Source of the DNA: Candidatus Parcubacteria bacterium | Lineage (GTDB): Bacteria; Patescibacteriota; Patescibacteriia; Patescibacteriales; UBA12075 | Direction of reading: 5' to 3' | Length of the DNA: 64,000 nucleotides | Assembly (NCBI GenBank): GCA_023132155.1 | Contig: JAGLYP010000026.1 | Span: forward strand, 1,741 to 65,740 | In this document: one piece after another, positions 35,590 to 44,369 of the stretch | Position numbering within the stretch: the stretch's first letter is position 1 | How the letters are laid out: each line of letters opens with the position of its first letter | Made by a program: the position numbers and the translations under genes | The notes under the pieces: generated by a model | Databases searched by the model: none | What the model was told of the DNA's origin: nothing | What the model saw: the letters and a program-made list of their open reading frames with translations, nothing else

Positions 35590-38583
35590 ATGAAAAAACA
35601 AGAAAATAATGAGAATAAAATAAAAAAGAACCCTTTTGCGATAATGGAAGAGGATGTTTTAAAATTTTGGGAAAAGAATAAAATTTTTGAAAAATCAATT
35701 GAAAAAGAGGCGCCAAAAGGCGATTATGTTTTTTATGACGGGCCGCCGTTTATTACCGGATTGCCGCATTACGCGACGCTTCTTCCAAGTATTGCCAAAG
35801 ATATGGTGCCGCGCTATTGGACTATGAAAGGTTATAGAGTAGAGCGTGTTTGGGGCTGGGATTGCCATGGCTTGCCTGCGGAAAATAAGGTGGAAACAGA
35901 ATTGGGTTTGAAAAATAAAAAAGATATTGAAGAGCTGGGGGTTGATAAATTCGTAAACGCTTGCCGTGACTATGTTACCACCGGTTCAGAGCAATGGGAA
36001 TGGTATATTAATCGTATCGGCCGCTGGGTGGATATGAAAAACGCCTACAAAACCATGGATTTAAAATTTATGGAAAGCGTAATTTGGGCATTTAAAAAAT
36101 TGTATGACAAAGGCTTGATTTATGAGGGTTATCGTTCTTCACTGCATTGCCCTCGCTGCGCGACTCCGCTTTCAAAGTTTGAAATTACAATGGACGCGGG
36201 TTCTTATAAGGATGTTATTGATGATTCGGCTGTTGTTAAGTTTGAGATAAAAAATGTTAATAAAATATTGGCAGACTTGGAGCTTAGTTCCGAAGCTTCG
36301 GAGCTAAGCTCCGTGAATAGCAATGTTTATATTTTGGCTTGGACTACTACGCCTTGGACTTTGCCCGGAAATTTAGCTTTGGCGATTAATAAAAGTATTA
36401 AGTATCAAGTATTAAGTATTAACGATAATAATTATATTATTGCAAAAGACAGGGTTGAGGAAGTTTTTAAGGATAGAGGATATAAGATAATAAAAGAGTT
36501 TAAGGGTAAAGAATTGGTTGGGCTAGAATATGAGCCGTTGTTTGATTTGGGAAATAAAGAAATTTCTGAAAATAAGAATACATATAAAATATATCACGGA
36601 GATTTTGTTTCCACTGAGGAGGGGACGGGGGTCGTGCATATCGCGCCGAATTTCGGTGAAGATGATTTTGAATTTGGCAAAGCATATAAATTGCCAATGG
36701 TTGATTTAATGGATGAGATGGGAAATTATACTGAATTGGCGGGCGAGGAATGGAATGGATTGTATTTTAAAAAAGTTAATACAAAAGTTTTGGAAATATT
36801 GGGTGATAAATTATTTTTAAAGGAGCCCCACGAGCACTCATACCCCTTTTGTTACCGCTGTAATAGCCGTTTGATTTATAAAACTCAAAAGGCCTGGTAT
36901 TTGCGAATTTCAGAAATTAGAAATAAAATGCTTGAAAGCAATAAAGATATTAACTGGGTGCCGGAATATTTTAAAGAGGGCAGATTCAAATATAATCTGG
37001 AAAACGCGCCGGATTGGTGCTTGTCTCGTTCTCGGTATTGGGGTTCGCCGATTCCTGTTTGGCGCTGTGAGGAATGTGATGAAATTAAAGTTGCTGGTTC
37101 AGTTGAAGAAATTAAGAAATTAAGCAATGAAGAAGTTAAAGACTTACACAGGCCGGCAATTGATAAAGTTGAGTTTAAATGTGAAAAGTGCCAGGGAAAA
37201 ATGAAGCGAGTTGTTGAGGTTTTGGATTGCTGGTTTGAGTCTGGATCAATGCCTTTTGCGCAATTTCATTATCCTTTTGAACGAAAAAAAGAATGGAAAA
37301 ATATTTTTCCGGCAGATTTTATTATTGAATATACGGGCCAATTAAGAGGCTGGTTTTATTATTTGCATGTTTTGTCTAATGCCTTATTTGATTCTTTGGC
37401 ATTTAAGAATGTAATTGTATCCGGCGTACTCGCGGGAACAGATGGGCGCAAAATGAGCAAGTCATACGGCAATTATCCTGATTCAAAAAATACTTTAGAT
37501 AAATATGGGGCTGACGCTCTTAGATTGTATTTTATGTCATGTTCAATTATGGCCGGGGATGACACAACTTTAAGCGAAAAAGATATTCAGGATGCTTTGC
37601 GAAAAAATGTTATGCTTTTGTGGAATGTCACCAAATTTTATGATATGTTTTGCCATGATAAGGAAACCATAAAAGAAGATTTGGAATTTAAAAATATTTT
37701 AGATAGATGGATTGTTTTTAGGTTAGATCAGGTAGTTAAAGAAGTTACAGATAATATGGAAAAATATAGTTTACAAGGAGCGGCGCGTCCGATTACAGGG
37801 TTTATTGACGATTTGTCAACCTGGTATCTGAGGCGTTCTCGAGATCGTTTTAAAGGTGATGATAAAAATGATAAAATTCAGGCTTTAAAAACAACAAAAT
37901 ATGTTTTATTAACATTTTCCAAAGTGATCGCGCCGATTATGCCGTTTATTGCGGAACAAGTTTGGCAGAAAGTTAGCGGGAATGATTTTAAGAATGAGAA
38001 TAAATCAGTACATTTGGAGGGATGGCCTAAACAGGAATTACGAATTACACCCGTCAAGCGAATACAAGCGAATTACGAATTACGAATTTTGGAAGAAATG
38101 GAAATAGTTAGGAAAATTGTGGAATTGGCGCTTGCGAAAAGGGATGAGGCGGGAATAAGGGTGAGACAGCCGTTGAGCGAATTACGAATTACGAATTGTG
38201 AATTACGAGATGAATATATGGATTTAATTAAGAATGAATTGAATGTTAAAGATATAAAAACAGAAAAAGGCGATGGGGAATTAAATGTGAAATTAGATAT
38301 AAAATTAACACCGGAATTAAAACAGGAGGGTATGAAAAGAGAGATAGTCAGAACGGTTAACAGCATGCGCAAGAATATTGGCTTAACAATAAACGATAGG
38401 ATAGTTTTGTTCTGGCAAAGCGAAAATCAAGATATAATTCAAGCAATAAAAAAATATTCTAATGATATTCGCGGCGATGTTTTGGCTGATGAAATAAAAA
38501 ATGAAAAAAATGATGAAGTTGATATTCAGAAGGAAATAAATTTAGATTGTGGAATATTATTTTTAGGCATAAAAAATAAATAA
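35590..38583 (+). CDS. ileS: isoleucyl-tRNA synthetase
   Basis: 'FYDGPPFITGLPHYATLL' (HIGH region), 'WTTTPWTLPGN' (editing domain), 'KMSKS', and Zn-ribbon-like 'CYRC...CEEC' and 'CEKC'; 997 aa. Confidence 0.95.
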   Translation: MKKQENNENKIKKNPFAIMEEDVLKFWEKNKIFEKSIEKEAPKGDYVFYDGPPFITGLPHYATLLPSIAKDMVPRYWTMKGYRVERVWGWDCHGLPAENKVETELGLKNKKDIEELGVDKFVNACRDYVTTGSEQWEWYINRIGRWVDMKNAYKTMDLKFMESVIWAFKKLYDKGLIYEGYRSSLHCPRCATPLSKFEITMDAGSYKDVIDDSAVVKFEIKNVNKILADLELSSEASELSSVNSNVYILAWTTTPWTLPGNLALAINKSIKYQVLSINDNNYIIAKDRVEEVFKDRGYKIIKEFKGKELVGLEYEPLFDLGNKEISENKNTYKIYHGDFVSTEEGTGVVHIAPNFGEDDFEFGKAYKLPMVDLMDEMGNYTELAGEEWNGLYFKKVNTKVLEILGDKLFLKEPHEHSYPFCYRCNSRLIYKTQKAWYLRISEIRNKMLESNKDINWVPEYFKEGRFKYNLENAPDWCLSRSRYWGSPIPVWRCEECDEIKVAGSVEEIKKLSNEEVKDLHRPAIDKVEFKCEKCQGKMKRVVEVLDCWFESGSMPFAQFHYPFERKKEWKNIFPADFIIEYTGQLRGWFYYLHVLSNALFDSLAFKNVIVSGVLAGTDGRKMSKSYGNYPDSKNTLDKYGADALRLYFMSCSIMAGDDTTLSEKDIQDALRKNVMLLWNVTKFYDMFCHDKETIKEDLEFKNILDRWIVFRLDQVVKEVTDNMEKYSLQGAARPITGFIDDLSTWYLRRSRDRFKGDDKNDKIQALKTTKYVLLTFSKVIAPIMPFIAEQVWQKVSGNDFKNENKSVHLEGWPKQELRITPVKRIQANYELRILEEMEIVRKIVELALAKRDEAGIRVRQPLSELRITNCELRDEYMDLIKNELNVKDIKTEKGDGELNVKLDIKLTPELKQEGMKREIVRTVNSMRKNIGLTINDRIVLFWQSENQDIIQAIKKYSNDIRGDVLADEIKNEKNDEVDIQKEINLDCGILFLGIKNK
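36279..36312. repeat. 34-nt near-perfect palindrome in frame inside ileS
   Basis: ggagcttagttccgaag|cttcggagctaagctcc has one mismatch pair and encodes 'LELSSEASELSS' in the variable linker before WTTTPWTL. Confidence 0.8.
38034..38089 (+). repeat. in-frame heptamer (CGAATTA) array 1 inside ileS
   Basis: GGAATTA CGAATTA [3 degenerate units in phase] CGAATTA CGAATTA CGAATTT encodes 'ELRITPVKRIQANYELRIL'. Confidence 0.8.
38178..38205 (+). repeat. in-frame heptamer (CGAATTA) array 2 inside ileS
   Basis: CGAATTA CGAATTA CGAATTG TGAATTA encodes 'ELRITNCELR'. Confidence 0.8.
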
Positions 38584-38787
38584 TTAAATCCATATTAGGA
38601 ATATTTTTATAAAGATAATAAAAATAATAAAATTTGGCAGAATCATACGGAAAGAAACTTAAAAACAGAATCAGCCAAAGTTTTGGCTCAGAAAATCAGG
38701 GAATCAAATCCGTTTGAATGGCTTTATAAGCTAGCGGAAGAAAAGACAGGTAGAGATATTAAACAATAAAAGTAAATTTATATTTTT

Positions 38788-39816
38788 ATGCCAAAAACAA
38801 AAGCCTTAGTTTTATTTTCTGGCGGCTTGGATTCAATTTTAGCCGTTAAAATGCTACAGACGCAAAAAATAGCGGTAACGGCTATTTGTTTTGAGAGTAA
38901 TTTTTATGACGCTAAAAAAGCAAAAGAAAGCGCTAAAAAATTAGATATAGATTTAAAAGTAATTGATATTAAAGAAGAAATGCTGGCTTTGGTAAAAAAT
39001 CCATTTTCAGGGTATGGGAAAAATTTAAATCCTTGTATTGATTGCCATTCGCTGATGATAAAAAAAGCCGGCGCAATCGCGAAAAAAGAAGGTTTTGATT
39101 TTGTGGCTACAGGCGAAGTTTTGGGACAGCGTCCTTTTTCGCAAAACAGAAAAGCCTTGGAAAAAGTAAAAGATTTGTCAGGCGTGGAAGTCTTGCGGCC
39201 TTTATCCGCGAAATTGCTAGATGAAACCGAGATTGAAAAAAATAAAATATTAATTAGAGGTCTTTTGGGTAGAATTCAGGGCAGAAGCAGAGAAGGGCAA
39301 ATTGAGCTGGCGCGCAAGTATAAATTAAAAGATTATCCGTTGCCGGCCGGCGGATGTTTGTTGACTGATCCGGGTTTTAGCGAAAGATTAGGGAAAATGC
39401 TTGAATATTGGCCGAAATGCGAATGTAATGATATTGAGCTTTTAAAATATGGACGCGTATTTTGGTTTAAATATTTATCTAATAAAAAAGAAAACAAGAA
39501 AATTTTAATTATTGTCGGCAGGCATAAAGATGATAATGAAGCGTTAAAAAGACTAGCCAAGAAGGGTGATTTTATGGTAGAATTAAAAGAGATTAACGGA
39601 CCCTTAACATTAATAAGAGCAAAAGAAAATTTTAAAAAACCGGATTTTCAAAATTTAAAAATAAATATTCCAAATAAGCTTAATTTAGCAAAAATAAATT
39701 TAAATTTTCGCGGTGATTTAAATGATATTGTAAAAACTGCCGGAAAATTAACCGGAATATACGCGCTTAAGGCCAGAGGGAGGGAAGTTGATATAGTTAT
39801 TAAAAAAATAATTTAA
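38788..39816 (+). CDS. PP-loop ATP pyrophosphatase, ThiI/MnmA-like putative tRNA thiolation enzyme
   Basis: 'ALVLFSGGLDSILA' is the SGGxDS PP-loop. 'NPCIDCHSLMIKKAG...DFVATGEVLGQRPFSQ' is also present; 342 aa. Confidence 0.55.
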   Translation: MPKTKALVLFSGGLDSILAVKMLQTQKIAVTAICFESNFYDAKKAKESAKKLDIDLKVIDIKEEMLALVKNPFSGYGKNLNPCIDCHSLMIKKAGAIAKKEGFDFVATGEVLGQRPFSQNRKALEKVKDLSGVEVLRPLSAKLLDETEIEKNKILIRGLLGRIQGRSREGQIELARKYKLKDYPLPAGGCLLTDPGFSERLGKMLEYWPKCECNDIELLKYGRVFWFKYLSNKKENKKILIIVGRHKDDNEALKRLAKKGDFMVELKEINGPLTLIRAKENFKKPDFQNLKINIPNKLNLAKINLNFRGDLNDIVKTAGKLTGIYALKARGREVDIVIKKII

Positions 39817-39839
39817 CATATAAAGAATTTCAATATTAT

Positions 39840-39887
39840 TATTCGCATGTCCCGCATTTGTAGTTGCGGGTTCGCGAAGCGAATAAC
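39840..39887. repeat. REP-like hairpin element, copy 2
   Basis: TATTCGCATGTCCCGCA-TTTGTAGT-TGCGGGTTCGCGAAGCGAATAAC. The arms are identical to 21004-21069. It lies 10 nt upstream of ATG 39897. Confidence 0.8.
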
Positions 39888-39896
39888 TTAAAAACT

Positions 39897-41075
39897 ATGG
39901 CTTTTTCAAACAAGAAAAAAAATGAAGATAAAATAGATATTATTAAATTGGTAAATGATATTTTTTATCAAGGCATAGAAGAGGGGGCAAGCGATATCCA
40001 TATTCAGCCGTTTAAAGACGGGATTATAGTGCGTTATCGTATTGATGGAATTTTAAGAACGGTATTTGAAGGTGATAAAGGTTTAAGTGATTTTATGTTT
40101 TCGCGCATTAAAATTTTAGCGGATATGGAAACAACAGGATTGCCGCGCCCGCAAGAAGGAAATATTAAATTTAAATTTAATGAAAATCATGTTGATTTGC
40201 GCGTATCTATTTTTCCAACCAGCCAGGGAGAAGCGGTGGTGGTGCGTATTTTAGAAAGTAAAAAGTTTTTTAAAGAATATAATGATTTGGGGTTTAACGC
40301 TGAGCAAACAGCAGCTTTGGAAAAAATTACAAAAAAGCCATACGGATTAATTTTGGTTACAGGCCCTAATGGCAGCGGAAAATCAACAACGCTTTTTACC
40401 GTATTAAATAAGCTTAACATTCCTGAAAAAAGCTTGGTTACTTTAGAGGATCCTGTTGAAAGAAAAATAGATATGGTTAGGCAAACCAATATTAATCCGG
40501 CAATCGGATTAACTTTTGCCAAAGGATTAAAATATTTGTTAAGGCAGGATCCCGATGTTTTGATGGTGGGAGAGATTCGCGATAAAGAAACAGCGAATAT
40601 AGCCGTGCAGGCCGCCGTAACCGGACATTTGGTTTTGGCGACAATTCACACAAATAACGCGGCCGGCGCTATTGTTCGTTTAATTAATATGGGAATTGAA
40701 CCGTTTTTATTATCTTCAGCCTTAAAATTTGTTTCAGCGCAAAGATTGGCAAGAACAAATTGTCCGCATTGTAAAAAAGAATATCGCCCTTCTAAAGAAC
40801 TAATTGATATTCTTGGCGCTCCGCGAGGAATTAAATTTTATCATTCAGAAGGCTGTGATGAGTGCGGCGGCAAAGGCATGAAGGGCAGGCAAGGGATTCA
40901 TGAGGTATTGTTAATTTCCAAATCAGTTCAGGAATTGATTTTACAGCGGCCATCCGATGATCATATTAATAATTTGGCCGTAAAAGAAGGAATGGCAACA
41001 TTAAGGCAGGCCGCGCTGCAAAATGTTTATAGTGGAAATATCAGCATTGAAGAAGCGATCAGGCTCACGGAATAA
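39897..41075 (+). CDS. pilB: type II/IV secretion ATPase (GspE/PilB family), short form
   Basis: Preferred start is ATG 39897; the TTG at 39864 lies inside the hairpin element. Walker A 'GPNGSGKSTT', Asp box/Walker B 'LRQDPDVLMVGEIRD', His box 'TGHLVLATIHTN' and tetracysteine 'CPHCK...CDECGGKG'. Confidence 0.8.
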   Translation: MAFSNKKKNEDKIDIIKLVNDIFYQGIEEGASDIHIQPFKDGIIVRYRIDGILRTVFEGDKGLSDFMFSRIKILADMETTGLPRPQEGNIKFKFNENHVDLRVSIFPTSQGEAVVVRILESKKFFKEYNDLGFNAEQTAALEKITKKPYGLILVTGPNGSGKSTTLFTVLNKLNIPEKSLVTLEDPVERKIDMVRQTNINPAIGLTFAKGLKYLLRQDPDVLMVGEIRDKETANIAVQAAVTGHLVLATIHTNNAAGAIVRLINMGIEPFLLSSALKFVSAQRLARTNCPHCKKEYRPSKELIDILGAPRGIKFYHSEGCDECGGKGMKGRQGIHEVLLISKSVQELILQRPSDDHINNLAVKEGMATLRQAALQNVYSGNISIEEAIRLTE

Positions 41076-41113
41076 TGAATAATTAAAAATTAAGAATTAA
41101 TAATTAACAATTA
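41070..41113 (+). repeat. intergenic heptamer array (GAATAAT x2, then NNAATTA x5)
   Basis: AATTA recurs at exact 7-nt spacing from 41081 to 41113, starting at the pilB stop. Confidence 0.8.
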
Positions 41114-41152
41114 AAATCACATTCTCGTTCTGCTTTTAAATTTTATTTTTAA

Positions 41153-41180
41153 GTATTGTGTGGTGCGTGATGCGTGTTTA
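41153..41180 (+). repeat. GTGNTGC heptamer array upstream of lemA
   Basis: GTATTGT GTGGTGC GTGATGC GTGTTTA ends 11 nt before ATG 41191. Confidence 0.6.
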
Positions 41181-41190
41181 GAAAAAAATT

Positions 41191-41757
41191 ATGTCTACAG
41201 TGTTAATAGTTGTGCTAATAGTGATTGGCGCTTTGGCGATAATTGCTATTGGAATGTATAATAGTTTGATTCGCTTAAAGAATCGCGTAGATGAGGCTTG
41301 GAGCGATATTGACGTGCAATTAAAACGCCGTTACGATTTAATTCCAAATTTAATTGAAACGGTTAAGGGTTACGCGAGCCATGAAAAGGAAACTTTTGAA
41401 AAAGTTACCAGGGCTAGAACCGAAGCTATGTCTGCCCAAAAATCAGGAGATGCCAAGGCTCAGGCTCAAGCGGAAAATATGCTTAGCTCAACTTTAAAAT
41501 CTATTTTCGCTTTAAGCGAAAATTATCCGGATTTAAAAGCGAATACTAATTTTTTGGAATTACAGCGTGAATTAAGTGACACGGAAAACAAAATTCAAGC
41601 ATCAAGAAGATTTTATAATGGCAATGTTCGCGATTTTAATATAAAACTTGAAATTTTTCCAACTAATATTATCGGTAATATGCTTGGGTTTAAATCTCGC
41701 GATTATTTTGAAATAGCCGATGAAAGAGAACGAAGTAACGTTAAAGTGAAGTTTTAA
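41191..41757 (+). CDS. lemA: LemA family membrane protein
   Basis: N-terminal TM segment followed by 'YNSLIRLKNRVDEAWSDIDVQLKRRYDLIPNLIETVKGYASHEKETFEKV' and 'NYPDLKAN..F..LQ.EL...EN.I...R..YN', which are canonical LemA. Confidence 0.9.
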   Translation: MSTVLIVVLIVIGALAIIAIGMYNSLIRLKNRVDEAWSDIDVQLKRRYDLIPNLIETVKGYASHEKETFEKVTRARTEAMSAQKSGDAKAQAQAENMLSSTLKSIFALSENYPDLKANTNFLELQRELSDTENKIQASRRFYNGNVRDFNIKLEIFPTNIIGNMLGFKSRDYFEIADERERSNVKVKF

Positions 41758-41781
41758 GGGTTTTTAACGTGTAAGTTTTGA

Positions 41782-42717
41782 ATGAAATTTATAGATATGC
41801 CAACACTCTATAATCACTCAGACTCAAATAAACGAAAAACCTGGCTTTTGCTGTCCGGTTTTTTGATTTTTGTTATCTTAGTCGGATATATTTTTAGCGT
41901 TGCCATGGAAAGCCCTATCATCTTGTATTTTGTTGTTGGCTTTAGCATAATTTCAGCATTTGTCAGTTATTGGTGGAGTGATAAAATTGTTTTATCAATG
42001 TCTGACGCCAAGCCCGTGAAATTTGATGATAACAAAGAATTGTATAGAATAGTTGAAAATCTTTGCATTACCGCAGGACTGCCGGTGCCAAAGATATACA
42101 TTATAAACGATACCGCTCCTAATGCGTTTGCTACCGGACGCGATCCCGAGCACGCGGTTGTTGCGGTAACCGCCGGTCTTTTGCAAAAACTGGACAGAAG
42201 CGAATTGGAGGGCGTAATCGCGCATGAGCTTTCCCACATAGGGAACAGGGATATTCTGCTCGCTACCGTAGTTACGGTTTTAGTCGGCGTTGTCGTGCTT
42301 TTGGCTGATTGGTTCAGGCGCTGGACTTTTTGGGGCGGGGCAAGGAGAAGAAATAATGAAAAAGGCGGACAATTACAGCTTGTTATAATGATTATCGCGA
42401 TTATTTTATCTATTTTAGCGCCGATTTTCGTTTATATGATGCAATTTGCGATTTCCCGCAAACGAGAATTTTTGGCCGACGCTGACGGTGCTTTGCTGAC
42501 CCGCTATCCCGAAGGACTGGCGCGCGCTTTGGAAAAAATATCAGCAGATACTGAGCCTCTGGAAGTTGCTAATCGGGCAACAGCACATCTTTATATTTCT
42601 TCGCCGTTTGAGGGCAAAAGAGATAGGCGGGATAAGAAGAGTTTTTTTAAGAAGGCTTTTATGACACATCCGCCAGTTAAAGAAAGGGTTGCGGCTTTGA
42701 GGGGGATGGAGATTTAA
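41782..42717 (+). CDS. htpX: M48-family zinc metalloprotease HtpX
   Basis: TM helices, 'PNAFATGRDPEHAVVAVTAGLL' and HExxH 'AHELSHIGNRD'. A later 'EFLADADGA' is present and 'THPPVKERV' lies near the C-terminus. Confidence 0.9.
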   Translation: MKFIDMPTLYNHSDSNKRKTWLLLSGFLIFVILVGYIFSVAMESPIILYFVVGFSIISAFVSYWWSDKIVLSMSDAKPVKFDDNKELYRIVENLCITAGLPVPKIYIINDTAPNAFATGRDPEHAVVAVTAGLLQKLDRSELEGVIAHELSHIGNRDILLATVVTVLVGVVVLLADWFRRWTFWGGARRRNNEKGGQLQLVIMIIAIILSILAPIFVYMMQFAISRKREFLADADGALLTRYPEGLARALEKISADTEPLEVANRATAHLYISSPFEGKRDRRDKKSFFKKAFMTHPPVKERVAALRGMEI

Positions 42718-42755
42718 TTATCAATTTTCAATTAGGAATTAAAAATTAAAAATTA
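42714..42755 (+). repeat. intergenic heptamer array (NNAATTA x6)
   Basis: AATT(A/T) recurs at 42716, 42723, 42730, 42737, 42744 and 42751. The array begins within the htpX stop codon. Confidence 0.8.
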
Positions 42756-42777
42756 TTTAAAAGCTAATTAAAAAACC

Positions 42778-44223
42778 ATGAAAATAAAATTATCAGAAAA
42801 AAAATTAAAAGACATCAAAGCGGATTGCGAGATTGTTTTTGTTGTGAACAAAAATTTAGGACACAAATTTATTCGCGATAAAGAGATTTTAAATGAAATG
42901 AATTTTAAGGGCAAGGCTGATGAGGTTTTGTTGTTGCCGGAAAAGAAGAGAATGTATGTTGGGATTGGCGATTTAGAGCTTGAAAGTTTGCGTTGCGCGA
43001 CAGCGTTAGCGGCGCGAACTATCGTGAAAAGCAAAATCACGTCATTAAAAATCGCTTTATATTTTGCTGATGATGCTGGGAGAGGAATTAAAGCTTTAAG
43101 CGAGGGATTTTTGCTTGGCGCTTACAGCTACCAAAAATACAAATCAAAACCTACGAAAAATAACATTAAACAAATAATAATTTCCAGTGAAAATTATTAT
43201 AATAAAAAAATTGAAATAAAAAATTTAGAAGAAAAAATCAAAGAAGCCGAAATTATTTCTAAGAGCGTAAATTTTGTCCGTGATATCGTGAATGAGCCGC
43301 CGTCTGATTTGACTCCGTTAAAATTTTCTGAAATCGCAAAGGCGGAAGCGAAGGAAAACAATTTAACAATAAAAATTTTAGGCAAAAAAGAATTGGAAAA
43401 ATTGGGAATGGGAGCGTTTTTGGCGGTTAATCAGGCGAGTGCTTATCCGCCGTGGCTTATATATTTGAATTATAAACCCAAAAACGCGAAAAAGAAGATT
43501 ATATTAGTCGGCAAGGGTTTGACTTATGATACCGGCGGACTGAGTTTAAAATTGGGCGACGGCATGCTGACGATGAAAATGGATATGGGCGGAGCTGGCG
43601 CGATTTTGGGAGTAATTATGGCAATAAGCCAATTAAAATTGCCAATTGAAGTTCAGGCGATTATCGGCGCTACGGAAAACGCGATTGGCAAAGACGCGTA
43701 TAAGCCGGATGATGTTTTAAAAGCAATGAATGGAAAAACAATTGAAGTGAGGGATACTGACGCGGAAGGCAGGCTGGTTTTGGCTGATTGTTTGTGTTAC
43801 GCGCAAAAAGAAAATTTTGATTATATTATTGATATAGCCACGCTGACCGGAGCATCTATGGTTGCTTTGGGCGAATACACAAGCGCGGTTATGGGGTTTA
43901 ATCAAGACTTGAATCATAAAATATTAAAATCAGCGGAAAAATCGGGGGAGCTTGTCGGCATTTTGCCGTTTAATAAATATTTGCCTAAATTATTAAAAAG
44001 CGAAATTGCGGATATTAATAATCTTCCTTCTTCCAGATATGGCAGAGCAATTACAGCCGGACTGTTTTTAGGAGAATTTATTGAAAAAAGGAATAAGAAA
44101 AAATGGGCGCATATTGATATCGCCGGTCCGGCTTTTAAAGACAAACCTTGGGGAGTAAATCCGGTTGGCGCCAGCGGAGCCGGAACGCGCTTGTTAATTG
44201 AATGGATTAAGGGTGTTTTGTAA
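42778..44223 (+). CDS. pepA: leucyl aminopeptidase (M17)
   Basis: 'VGKGLTYDTGGLSLK', 'MKMDMGGAGA' and 'VRDTDAEGRLVLAD' (the NTDAEGRL motif). Confidence 0.9.
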   Translation: MKIKLSEKKLKDIKADCEIVFVVNKNLGHKFIRDKEILNEMNFKGKADEVLLLPEKKRMYVGIGDLELESLRCATALAARTIVKSKITSLKIALYFADDAGRGIKALSEGFLLGAYSYQKYKSKPTKNNIKQIIISSENYYNKKIEIKNLEEKIKEAEIISKSVNFVRDIVNEPPSDLTPLKFSEIAKAEAKENNLTIKILGKKELEKLGMGAFLAVNQASAYPPWLIYLNYKPKNAKKKIILVGKGLTYDTGGLSLKLGDGMLTMKMDMGGAGAILGVIMAISQLKLPIEVQAIIGATENAIGKDAYKPDDVLKAMNGKTIEVRDTDAEGRLVLADCLCYAQKENFDYIIDIATLTGASMVALGEYTSAVMGFNQDLNHKILKSAEKSGELVGILPFNKYLPKLLKSEIADINNLPSSRYGRAITAGLFLGEFIEKRNKKKWAHIDIAGPAFKDKPWGVNPVGASGAGTRLLIEWIKGVL

Positions 44224-44230
44224 ATTGGAT

Positions 44231-44276
44231 AAAAAAATTGTAGGGAACAAAAATTTTTGTTTCTTACAATTTTTTT
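44231..44276 (+). terminator. long-stem rho-independent terminator
   Basis: AAAAATTGTAGGGAACAAAA-loop-TTTTGTTTCTTACAATTTTT with two G.U pairs, followed by a T-run. Confidence 0.75.
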
Positions 44277-44334
44277 GATTTGATTTTTTTAGGGATAAGT
44301 AATATAATGAATATGTTTTATTTCTGCGAATTAA

Positions 44335-44362
44335 TAATTTTTAACTCTTAATTCTTAATTTA
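44335..44362 (-). repeat. heptamer array in inverted orientation (TAATTNN x4)
   Basis: TAA(T/C)T recurs at 44335, 44342, 44349 and 44356, which is the reverse complement of the NNAATTA units. It ends 8 nt before the secA ATG. Confidence 0.7.
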
Positions 44363-44369
44363 TATAAGT

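Noticed and set aside
38599-38766. Open frame 'EYFYKDNKNNKIWQNHTERNLKTESAKVLAQKIRESNPFEWLYKLAEEKTGRDIKQ*' between ileS and the PP-loop gene
   Set aside because: It has no ATG, GTG or TTG start in frame after the upstream stop. It may be a gene relic, but I cannot support a call.
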